A DNA stretch of 64,000 bases from a candidate division WOR-3 bacterium (lineage in GTDB: Bacteria > Hydrothermota > Tepidihabitantia > Tepidihabitantales > Tepidihabitantaceae). Where the stretch lies: positions 84,611 to 148,610 of the forward strand of contig JBBISL010000001.1 of NCBI GenBank assembly GCA_037441285.1. Direction: 5' to 3'. This document shows, in pieces, positions 46,338 to 54,176 of this stretch; within the stretch, counting starts at the first letter, position 1; every line of letters starts with the position of its first letter. The notes beneath the pieces were generated by a model. It was not told where the DNA came from. It saw only the letters and a program-made list of their open reading frames with translations, and searched no databases. The translations under genes were made by a program, and so were the position numbers.

Positions 46338-47712
46338 AATGCCTCACAATCTTTTCTGTAACCTTTTCCAGAGCCATCGCTCTTGAACCCTTGACGAGTA
46401 TTGTATCACCGGGCTGAATAAAGTCAAATAAGTCAGTGCCGACACCAGCGGCGGTCTGATAGCTTTTGATGTTCTCTAATTTTAGTCCAGCCGAAACTGC
46501 CGCCGCAGCAATAAATTGCGCCTTTTCCCCAATTACCACCAGCCGGTTGACACAACGAGCCACCTGAACACCAACCTCCCGATGTAACTTTTCAGACTTC
46601 TCCCCCAGCTCTAACATATCAGCCAGAATTGCCACCCTTTTTCCCGGGGGCGCGATACTCTCCAGTACCGCCAGCGCTGCTGCCACTGATTGGGGATTGG
46701 CGTTAAAACAGTCATCAATTAAAAGCACGCTGTTGAGTCTCCGAATCGCAAGCCGCTGTGGTGCCGGACAGAAATCCTTAATCGCCTCACCGATTTCGGA
46801 AAACGAAACACCCAGCACATTAGCCGCCGCACTTGCCGCAAGCAAATTGGCGATGTTATGCTGACCTAAAACCGGAAGTTCTACCGGGTATTTACCGACA
46901 AGAAGAAAACGGGTTCCTTTCGCCCCGGTTATGGCCACATCAGTAGCATACACATCGGCTCCTCGACTAAAACCAAAAGTCAATAGTTTCAACTGTTTTT
47001 TTCTGCTGATTTGGTCTGCGATTTCCATCACCAATGGGTCATCAAAGTTCACAACCGCCACCCCATATTCCGGTAGCGCCTCAAGCAATTCGGCCTTTTC
47101 CCGGGCAACACCGGAACGGTCCTTCATAAACTCTAAGTGGGTATCGCCGATGTTGGTAACCAACCCGATTTCCGGCTGGCACACCTTTGCCAGCCGCAAG
47201 GTGCCGCCCAATTCATTCATCTCAATCTCGAAGATGGCAACATCAGTTCTCGAATCCATCGCCATTACCGTCAACGGCACGCCGATCTCATTGTTGTAAC
47301 TCGCCGGTGCCTTCACCACAGAAAATCGAGACTCAAGTATCTTTGCCAGCATCTCCTTTGTAGTCGTTTTGCCGTTCGAGCCGGTTATTGCCACCACACG
47401 AACCTTTAACTGTTTCCGATACCATTGAGCCAGAGAAAGCAGTGCCTCTCTGGAATCCGGCACCGCAATGGTAACACCCTTATGCTTGGGCGCCGGTCCC
47501 TTTTCCACCATAACCGCCGCCGCGCCCTTAGAGAACGCTTCTTCTACAAACTGATGGCCATCGAACCGCTTGCCTCTGACCGCAATAAAAAGTTCACCCG
47601 GTTTTATGGTACGGCTGTCAATCGAAACTCCGGTCACAACCAGTGCTGCATTTTCTGCCACTAAAGAACCACCGGTCACCTCCGCAATCTGGTTAATCTT
47701 TAATGGTTCCAT
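46318..47712 (-). CDS. murF: UDP-N-acetylmuramoyl-tripeptide--D-alanyl-D-alanine ligase
   Basis: ITGSNGKTTTKEM P-loop, Mur ligase middle and C-terminal domains, and a MurF-type N-terminus (VTGVSIDSRTIKPGELF). Confidence 0.92.
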   Translation of the reverse strand: MEPLKINQIAEVTGGSLVAENAALVVTGVSIDSRTIKPGELFIAVRGKRFDGHQFVEEAFSKGAAAVMVEKGPAPKHKGVTIAVPDSREALLSLAQWYRKQLKVRVVAITGSNGKTTTKEMLAKILESRFSVVKAPASYNNEIGVPLTVMAMDSRTDVAIFEIEMNELGGTLRLAKVCQPEIGLVTNIGDTHLEFMKDRSGVAREKAELLEALPEYGVAVVNFDDPLVMEIADQISRKKQLKLLTFGFSRGADVYATDVAITGAKGTRFLLVGKYPVELPVLGQHNIANLLAASAAANVLGVSFSEIGEAIKDFCPAPQRLAIRRLNSVLLIDDCFNANPQSVAAALAVLESIAPPGKRVAILADMLELGEKSEKLHREVGVQVARCVNRLVVIGEKAQFIAAAAVSAGLKLENIKSYQTAAGVGTDLFDFIQPGDTILVKGSRAMALEKVTEKIVRHYGEKTD

Positions 47713-47714
47713 AA

Positions 47715-48737
47715 TTAAATAATCAGCATCGCATCCCCGAAACTGTAGAATCGGAATCGGTGATTAATTGCGTACTCGTATGCTTTCATTATCATTTCCC
47801 GGCTGGCAAACGCCGATACCAGAAGTAGCAAGGTCGATTTTGGCAGGTGGAAGTTGGTAACCATTGCACCGGTGACCTTCCATTCAAAACCTGGATAAAT
47901 GTAAAGGTTGGTTTCACCCTTTCCGGGCTTCACCGCCACTTTTCCATTGTGCCTCTCTGCCTGACTTTCGAGCACCCGCACCGTAGTTGTACCAACACAG
48001 ACCACGCGCCTCTGTTCGCTTAATGCCCGATTGATGCGTGCCGCCGCCGTCTCAGAAATCTCAAACTCCTCAGGGTGCATTTGGTGCTTTTCCACCTCAG
48101 TTGCTTTGACAGGACGAAAAGTCCCCAAACTGGCATGTAATGTAACTACAGCAACTTCCAGCCCTTTTGCACAAAGACTCTTAACAAGTTCCGGGGTAAA
48201 GTGCAAACCCGCTGTTGGTGCGGCAACCGCACCAGGTACCCGGGCGAAAATAGTTTGGTACCGTTCCGGGTCAGGGCACTTCTCTTTAATGTATGGTGGC
48301 AATGCAACCTCACCACTTTTTTGTAACAATAGGCTGATGTCCTCGGGCTCAAATCGCACCACCCTTACCCCTTCTGGCTTTCTCTCGACAATTTCTGCCT
48401 GAAAACCATCAAACTCAATCACCGTTCCAATTCGGGCTTTTCGCGCCGGTCGGCTCAAAACCTCCCAGACCCCATACTGAATCTGTCGCAAGAGGAGAAG
48501 TTCCATCTTACCTCCGGTTGACAGTCTACCGAAGATGCGCGCCGGTATCACCCGGGTATCGTTAAAAACCAGTACATCGCCTGGCATAAGCCAGTTGCCA
48601 ATCTGGTTAAAACGGGCTCCGACCAATGCGCCTGTTTTCCGGTCCAGCACCAGAAGCCTTGATGCATCACGGGGTTCAACCGGAGTCTGGGCAATCAACT
48701 CCGCAGGTAGATTGTAATCAAACTCTTCAATACGCAT
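47715..48737 (-). CDS. queA: S-adenosylmethionine:tRNA ribosyltransferase-isomerase
   Basis: FDYNLPAELIAQTPVEPRDASRLLV, PPYI and GTTTVR motifs. Confidence 0.95.
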   Translation of the reverse strand: MRIEEFDYNLPAELIAQTPVEPRDASRLLVLDRKTGALVGARFNQIGNWLMPGDVLVFNDTRVIPARIFGRLSTGGKMELLLLRQIQYGVWEVLSRPARKARIGTVIEFDGFQAEIVERKPEGVRVVRFEPEDISLLLQKSGEVALPPYIKEKCPDPERYQTIFARVPGAVAAPTAGLHFTPELVKSLCAKGLEVAVVTLHASLGTFRPVKATEVEKHQMHPEEFEISETAAARINRALSEQRRVVCVGTTTVRVLESQAERHNGKVAVKPGKGETNLYIYPGFEWKVTGAMVTNFHLPKSTLLLLVSAFASREMIMKAYEYAINHRFRFYSFGDAMLII

Positions 48738-49622
48738 TCAGTCCAGTTCTTTGCCCGTGAGTATCCGGTACGCTTCTCGATAACGGGCAGTGGTCCCGGC
48801 AATTACCTCGGGTGGCAAATGGGGTGCCGGTGGCTGCCGATTCCAGCCTTTTGAATTCAAATAGTCCCGGACAAACTGCTTGTCAAAACTGGGGGGTGAA
48901 ATCCCTAATCGGTACTCCTTTTCCGCCCAGAAACGGGATGAGTCCGGAGTTAGTACCTCGTCTATCAACATCAATTTACCATCGTAAATTCCAAACTCAA
49001 ACTTGGTATCAGCAATGATAATTCCCCTTTGCCGGGCATATTCACTTGCCGTCTCGTAAATCTCGATTGATATGCGGCGCACCTTCTGGGCAAGTTCATC
49101 ACCCACCAATTGTTTCATCTCCTCAAAAGAGATGTTTTCATCGTGTCCAGTCTGACTTTTGGTCGCCGGCGTAAAAATCGGCTCTGGCAGCTGCTCCGCC
49201 TGTTGCAATCCCTTTGGCAGTTTTATCCCGCACACCGTGCCGGTCTTCTGATAGTCATTCCAACCACTGCCGGCAAGATAACCCCGCACAACACACTCAA
49301 CTGGCAACGGCTTTGCCTGATACACGAGCATCGCCCGGTCTTTTATTATCTCCTGGTAGGGCAACAGTACTGCCGGAAACTCATCAACCCTGGCGGTGAT
49401 AAGCTGGTTGGGAACAAGATTGGAAAACTTGTCAAACCAGAAAACCGAAAGCAGGTTCAACACCCTGCCCTTATCAGGAATCCCGTCCGGTAGAACAACA
49501 TCAAAGGCGCTCAAACGGTCAGTCGCCACGATTAAAAGATGTTCTCCCACCTGGTAGATGTCACGCACCTTTCCCTGTGCGACCATTTTTATTCCTTTTA
49601 AATCGGTCTGGGTAATAACCAT
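48738..49622 (-). CDS. purC: phosphoribosylaminoimidazole-succinocarboxamide synthase
   Basis: GKVRDIY, ATDRLSAFD and ADTKFEFG motifs, with the long-form length of 294 aa. Confidence 0.95.
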   Translation of the reverse strand: MVITQTDLKGIKMVAQGKVRDIYQVGEHLLIVATDRLSAFDVVLPDGIPDKGRVLNLLSVFWFDKFSNLVPNQLITARVDEFPAVLLPYQEIIKDRAMLVYQAKPLPVECVVRGYLAGSGWNDYQKTGTVCGIKLPKGLQQAEQLPEPIFTPATKSQTGHDENISFEEMKQLVGDELAQKVRRISIEIYETASEYARQRGIIIADTKFEFGIYDGKLMLIDEVLTPDSSRFWAEKEYRLGISPPSFDKQFVRDYLNSKGWNRQPPAPHLPPEVIAGTTARYREAYRILTGKELD

Positions 49623-49655
49623 ATTTTCCTCTTTCTTTTCAGTTAAAGGTCAAAA

Positions 49656-50300
49656 CTACTTCTTGTAACCAACCGGCATAATGTAAAGTGGCTCAAATTT
49701 AGTTCCCAGAACCTTCTTAACGCCAGAATCGTTAAATGCACCAATCATGACCGTTCCCATACCCAGCGCCTCGCACTGCAAGTGCACATTCTGGCCAATA
49801 TGTCCTGCCTCCATATGCACATACCTTATCCCCCGTTCTCCGTAGCGGCTAGTTGTCCGTGCGTAATCGGCACACAATACAATAACCGCCGGTGCGTTTT
49901 TTATGCTCGACTGTCCCAGTGCCGCATTTGCCAGGTCCTCCCGAAGGTCACCAGACTTAACCAACTTCACAGCGTGTTCTTCAACCAGATATTGATAAAC
50001 CCCGGAATCCAACCCGTTGACTTTGCCTGCAACCAGGTAAACTTCCATCGGATAGGTTGCACCAGCTGAAGGCGCGGTCCGGCCGTAACTTTTTCCTGTT
50101 TTACCCTGTGCCGCCCAGAGCAATTGACCAACTTCCGACAAACTTAAATCCCGGTCAGCGTAAGCGCGCACCGAACGCCGGCGAAAGAGCGTCTTTTCTA
50201 AGGTTATCTTTCCTACCGTATCAGGTGCTGGTAGTTTGATTGCCGAATCAAGCACGCCCGTCCCCCCGAAGACAAACAGGCTCAAAAGCAGAACAAACAT
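49656..50300 (-). CDS. nitroreductase family (SagB-type-like) protein with a hydrophobic N-terminal signal or anchor
   Basis: RRSVRAY...LSEVGQLLWAAQG is typical of the nitroreductase fold. The N-terminus MFVLLLSLFVFGGTGV looks like a signal peptide. An AGGAGG Shine-Dalgarno site lies upstream. Confidence 0.7.
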   Translation of the reverse strand: MFVLLLSLFVFGGTGVLDSAIKLPAPDTVGKITLEKTLFRRRSVRAYADRDLSLSEVGQLLWAAQGKTGKSYGRTAPSAGATYPMEVYLVAGKVNGLDSGVYQYLVEEHAVKLVKSGDLREDLANAALGQSSIKNAPAVIVLCADYARTTSRYGERGIRYVHMEAGHIGQNVHLQCEALGMGTVMIGAFNDSGVKKVLGTKFEPLYIMPVGYKK

Positions 50301-50342
50301 CTTTGCCTCCTGTGATGTTTATCTTGCTGTTCAATCGTTGCC

Positions 50343-50840
50343 TTACCGCAACTCTTGGTCTTTTTCTTTTACTTCCTGTACCTGACTCTCACGAAACCGC
50401 TCTAATTTTACCCGCAACCCCTCATCCTCCAGCGCCAGTATCGCCACTGCAAAAAGTGCCGCATTAGCCGCTCCCGACTTCCCGATTGCCATACACGCAA
50501 CCGGCACACCTTTGGGCATCTGGACGGTAGAAAGTAGCGCATCAACACCCGCCAGTCCAGCATCAAGTGGCACACCGATAACCGGCAATGTTGTCCAGGA
50601 AGCAATCACACCAGCAAGATGTGCCGCTTTTCCGGCACCGGCAATTATCACCTTAATCCCCCGGTTTACCGCATTTACCGCAAACTCCTGACACAATGCT
50701 GGTGTCCGATGGGCTGATATTACCCGTACCTCATTTGCGACCTCGAACTCATCCAAAACCTTTTTCGCATCTTTCATCGTATCGTAATCTTTGTCGCTAC
50801 CCATTACGATTGAAACAATCGGTTTACTCTTTTCACCCAT
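50343..50840 (-). CDS. purE: 5-(carboxyamino)imidazole ribonucleotide mutase
   Basis: IVMGSDKD, SAHRTP and GAGKAAHLAGV motifs. ATG 50840 is preferred over the ORF-track TTG 50855, which lies inside the predicted promoter. Confidence 0.93.
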   Translation of the reverse strand: MGEKSKPIVSIVMGSDKDYDTMKDAKKVLDEFEVANEVRVISAHRTPALCQEFAVNAVNRGIKVIIAGAGKAAHLAGVIASWTTLPVIGVPLDAGLAGVDALLSTVQMPKGVPVACMAIGKSGAANAALFAVAILALEDEGLRVKLERFRESQVQEVKEKDQELR

Positions 50841-50845
50841 ACCAA

Positions 50846-50874
50846 ATAATATCAAATTATTAAATTCTGTCCAA
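50846..50874 (-). promoter_or_regulatory. sigma70-type promoter abutting the purE start (leaderless prediction)
   Basis: On the minus strand: TTGGAC 50874-50869, 17-nt spacer, TATTAT 50851-50846, ATG at 50840 (5-nt gap). Confidence 0.5.
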
Positions 50875-51055
50875 TCCCGATTTTTTCTGAATTAAACACA
50901 ATTAAAAACAGAACTCGACTGGGAAAAGCCACCCGAGAGTGACTCACCAATTCAATCAGGGAACCGCTCCCTGAACGGCTTGGTAAGTAACTTACCGAAT
51001 AAATTGGGGAATCCTTTCCCGGAGGCTCTTTAATCCTGATCATGCTCTCAACATC

Positions 51056-51083
51056 TTGTAAATTTCCGGTTTCCCATTAAAAT
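51056..51083 (+). promoter_or_regulatory. sigma70-type promoter abutting the larA start (leaderless prediction)
   Basis: TTGTAA 51056-51061, 16-nt spacer, TAAAAT 51078-51083, ATG at 51089 (5-nt gap). Confidence 0.5.
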
Positions 51084-51088
51084 AAATT

Positions 51089-52315
51089 ATGGAGTTAAGT
51101 TTACACTCTGGAGACAGGTATGAAACAGTTAGTATCCCGGATGAGAACATCCTCGGAATTTTAACCCCGATTCCTCAAAAAATCTTTGATGTTCCGCTGC
51201 AACCGGTTATCAATTCGGCAACTGAATTTATCGAAAAGCACCAACAGATCCTGATTCTGGTCAACGACTACACCCGACCCACTCCCAATCAGCCCTTTCT
51301 CACTCCACTTCTGCCGGCTCTTTGCTCCCGGCAGACAAAAATCCTTATCGGTTTGGGCACCCACCGCAAAGCGACCGAAACTGAATTGAAAAACATTCTC
51401 GGCTCAGACACCTTTTCTGCTTTATCTTCAGCAATCGTCCAACACGACGCCCGCGACCGTTCTACCCTATTTTTTCTGGGCAAAACCGCGTTCGGCACCG
51501 ATGTTTATCTCAACCGACAAATCCTCTGGGCTGATGCCATTCTCACAATCAACTCAATTGAACCCCATTACTTCGCCGGATATACCGGAGGCAGAAAGTG
51601 TTTTATACCGGGCTGTGCCGCATACGAAACAACAATTCACAACCACAACCTTCTCCTCCATCCCGCTTCGGCTCCACTTTCATTAAAGGACAACCCGGTT
51701 CACCTCGATATGACCGAGGCAGCAAAAATGGTTGCCATACCCATCTTCTCAATTCAGATTGTCCAGGACGCGAACCACCGTCTTTTGTCGGTTCATTACG
51801 GCGACCTCTTTACCTCATTTGAAAGCGCCTGTGCCGATGCCTACCAGCTTTTTGCCCTGCCCATCAAAGAAAAAGCGGACATCGTTTTAAGTGTCCTGCA
51901 GCCCCCTTATGATATCAACTTCTATCAGTCCCAGCGGGCACTGGAATTTGGCATCTATGCATTAAAAGATGGGGGCATTCAAATTACCGTGTCGCGCTGT
52001 CACCAGAAAATTGGCAACGATGAGTTTATCCGGGTACTTGCTTCTTGTGACCAACCCGAGTGCCTCCTCAAGGGTGAAAAATCGGACCATCCCGGCTGGT
52101 ATAAAGCGGCGCGCCTGGCACGGGCGATGCAAAAGGCAAAACTTTACACGGTGATGGGCGTTGAAGACCGAGTTATCAAATCCTGCTTTATGACCCCGTT
52201 CCATTCAATCTCAGAGGCGCTGGCTGCGGCGTTTCAGGAAGTGGGTAACAAAGCAAAAATTTACATCATCCCTGATGCCGGAGCCGTGGTCCCGATACCA
52301 CCAAACGCCCAATAA
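51089..52315 (+). CDS. larA: nickel-dependent lactate racemase family protein (LarA, DUF2088)
   Basis: Motifs LVNDYTRPTP, GLGTHR and HYFAGYTGGRK, with about 408 aa. Confidence 0.8.
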   Translation: MELSLHSGDRYETVSIPDENILGILTPIPQKIFDVPLQPVINSATEFIEKHQQILILVNDYTRPTPNQPFLTPLLPALCSRQTKILIGLGTHRKATETELKNILGSDTFSALSSAIVQHDARDRSTLFFLGKTAFGTDVYLNRQILWADAILTINSIEPHYFAGYTGGRKCFIPGCAAYETTIHNHNLLLHPASAPLSLKDNPVHLDMTEAAKMVAIPIFSIQIVQDANHRLLSVHYGDLFTSFESACADAYQLFALPIKEKADIVLSVLQPPYDINFYQSQRALEFGIYALKDGGIQITVSRCHQKIGNDEFIRVLASCDQPECLLKGEKSDHPGWYKAARLARAMQKAKLYTVMGVEDRVIKSCFMTPFHSISEALAAAFQEVGNKAKIYIIPDAGAVVPIPPNAQ

Positions 52316-52371
52316 ACCATAAACCTCATTGTGAATCTTGGGTTCTGAATCAATACGGTGATGATGCCCGC

Positions 52372-52399
52372 TTGACTTCATCCTCTGTCATCTTACAAT
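52372..52399 (+). promoter_or_regulatory. sigma70-type promoter abutting the asnS start (leaderless prediction)
   Basis: TTGACT 52372-52377, 16-nt spacer, TACAAT 52394-52399, ATG at 52407 (7-nt gap). Confidence 0.6.
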
Positions 52400-52406
52400 T
52401 AAGCCA

Positions 52407-53696
52407 ATGGATACAACAGTTGAAAAAATCGGCGCATATGTGGACAAACAGGTTCGTTTAACCGGCTGGGTTTACAACAAACGCTCCTCAGGAAAGATTC
52501 GCTTTGTCCTGCTACGCGACGGGACCGGAATCATCCAGTGTGTTTTTGTCCAAAACAGCGTCCCTGACGAGGCGTTTGAACTTGCCGACTCAATCCCGCA
52601 AGAGTCCGCAGTGGAAATCACCGGAATAGCACGGGAAGAAAAAAGGGCACCAGGAGGTTATGAACTGACCGCGCAGGACCTTAAAGTCATCGCCCTTGCC
52701 GAACCTTACCCGATTACACCCAAGGAACATGGCATCGAGTTTTTGATGGCAAACCGGCACCTCTGGTTACGCTCCCGTCGCCAGGTAGCGATTTTACGGA
52801 TTCGCAACGAAATTATCAAGGCGCTGCGTGACTATCTTGAAGAACAGGGGTTTCTCTGTTGTGATACCCCGATATTGACCCCGGCATCAGTCGAAGGCAC
52901 AACAACCCTGTTCCCGGTTGACTACTACGGCGAGCAGGTCTATCTCACCCAGTCCGGACAACTCTACAATGAGGCGCTCTGTGCCGCGGTACGGAAGACC
53001 TACTGCTTTGGTCCAACCTTTCGTGCTGAGAAGTCCAAAACCCGACGCCATCTCACCGAATTCTGGATGCTCGAACCGGAAATCGCCTTCCTTGACCTCA
53101 ATGGCACAATGGACTTAATGGAAGATATGATTTACTATCTAATTAAACGCATCCTCGAAAAACGACAACCAGAACTGGAAACACTGGAACGGGATATCAC
53201 CAAACTTCAGGCGGTAAAGAAGCCATTTCCGCGCATCACCTATCGCGAGGCGCTGGAGATTCTAAAAAATGCCGGTAAACCAATAGAGTTTGGCGACGAC
53301 TTTGGCGGTGATGAGGAAACGGTGATAAGTCAGGCGTTCAACACCCCGGTGATGATTCACCGTTTTCCGGCTAAGATTAAGGCGTTCTATATGAAGCGTG
53401 CCCCGGAAAACCCCGACCTGGCATTGGGAGTTGATATGATTGCACCGGAAGGCTACGGTGAAATTATTGGAGGTGGCCAGAGAGAAGATGATTTAGCAAC
53501 CCTTGAACAGAGGCTCAAGGAGTTCAATCTACCGCGCGATGCCTACTCCTGGTACATTGATTTGCGCCGATTCGGCTCTTTTCCCCACTCCGGATTTGGC
53601 TTGGGATTGGAACGCACTGTCGCCTGGATTTGTGGCTTAAAGCATGTGCGGGAAACAATTCCTTTCCCGCGACTTTTGGAAAAGGTTTATCCTTAA
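52407..53696 (+). CDS. asnS: asparagine--tRNA ligase
   Basis: An OB-fold N-terminus, the class IIb core FRAEKSKTRRHLTEFWMLEPE, GGGQRE, and about 429 aa. Confidence 0.92.
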   Translation: MDTTVEKIGAYVDKQVRLTGWVYNKRSSGKIRFVLLRDGTGIIQCVFVQNSVPDEAFELADSIPQESAVEITGIAREEKRAPGGYELTAQDLKVIALAEPYPITPKEHGIEFLMANRHLWLRSRRQVAILRIRNEIIKALRDYLEEQGFLCCDTPILTPASVEGTTTLFPVDYYGEQVYLTQSGQLYNEALCAAVRKTYCFGPTFRAEKSKTRRHLTEFWMLEPEIAFLDLNGTMDLMEDMIYYLIKRILEKRQPELETLERDITKLQAVKKPFPRITYREALEILKNAGKPIEFGDDFGGDEETVISQAFNTPVMIHRFPAKIKAFYMKRAPENPDLALGVDMIAPEGYGEIIGGGQREDDLATLEQRLKEFNLPRDAYSWYIDLRRFGSFPHSGFGLGLERTVAWICGLKHVRETIPFPRLLEKVYP

Positions 53697-53708
53697 AAGG
53701 AGGTTAAA

Positions 53709-53966
53709 ATGCCTGAAACAAAAGTCGGAGTTATCACCCACTACTTTGGCAAAATCGGCGTAGCCGTGGTCAAGGCAACCGATGGACCAATTGCCGTGGG
53801 TGATAAAATTCACATCAAAGGTCACACCACCGACCACACCCAGATTGTCGAATCGCTCCAGATTGAACACGCTCCGGTAAACCGGCTTGAAATCGGCCAG
53901 GAAGCTGGAATGAAGGTAACGGCACGTGTCCATGAACATGATGAGGTGTTTAAGGTTACTGATTAA
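53709..53966 (+). CDS. small beta-barrel protein (EF-Tu domain-2-like)
   Basis: It is 85 aa. VGVITHYFGKIGVAVVKATDGPIAVGDKIHIKG resembles the translation-factor domain II barrel. An AGGAGG Shine-Dalgarno site lies upstream. Confidence 0.5.
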   Translation: MPETKVGVITHYFGKIGVAVVKATDGPIAVGDKIHIKGHTTDHTQIVESLQIEHAPVNRLEIGQEAGMKVTARVHEHDEVFKVTD

Positions 53967-54001
53967 GACTCCATTAATATCGCTGCCATAAAAGGAGGAG
54001 T

Positions 54002-54109
54002 ATGCCCCGAAGCAAAACAAAGGTAAAACGGATGCGTCATCGCTGGATATTAAAGAAAAGGCGCCGGGATGAAGCCCGCAAGAAGATGTTGCAATCCTCC
54101 CGGCAGTAG
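54002..54109 (+). CDS. candidate 35-aa highly basic small protein (below the ORF-track cut-off)
   Basis: AAAGGAGGAG ends 2 nt before the ATG at 54002. The peptide MPRSKTKVKRMRHRWILKKRRRDEARKKMLQSSRQ has 16 of 35 residues Lys or Arg. The stop is TAG at 54107-54109. Confidence 0.4.
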   Translation: MPRSKTKVKRMRHRWILKKRRRDEARKKMLQSSRQ

Positions 54110-54176
54110 TGCTCGACAAAAAAATCAAATTTACGGAAGATGTAAATTAACTCTTTGAAACCTTAGACCCTTAGTT

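Noticed and set aside
50856-51088. Possible purine, ZTP or NiCo riboswitch in the purE/larA divergent region
   Set aside because: Both genes have promoters abutting their start codons, so the central region of about 180 bp is not transcribed as a leader. The hairpins seen there (CAGGGAACCGCTCCCTG at 50957-50973 and GGTAAGTAACTTACC at 50982-50996) do not match riboswitch consensus sequences. They could be protein-binding sites, but the evidence is too thin.
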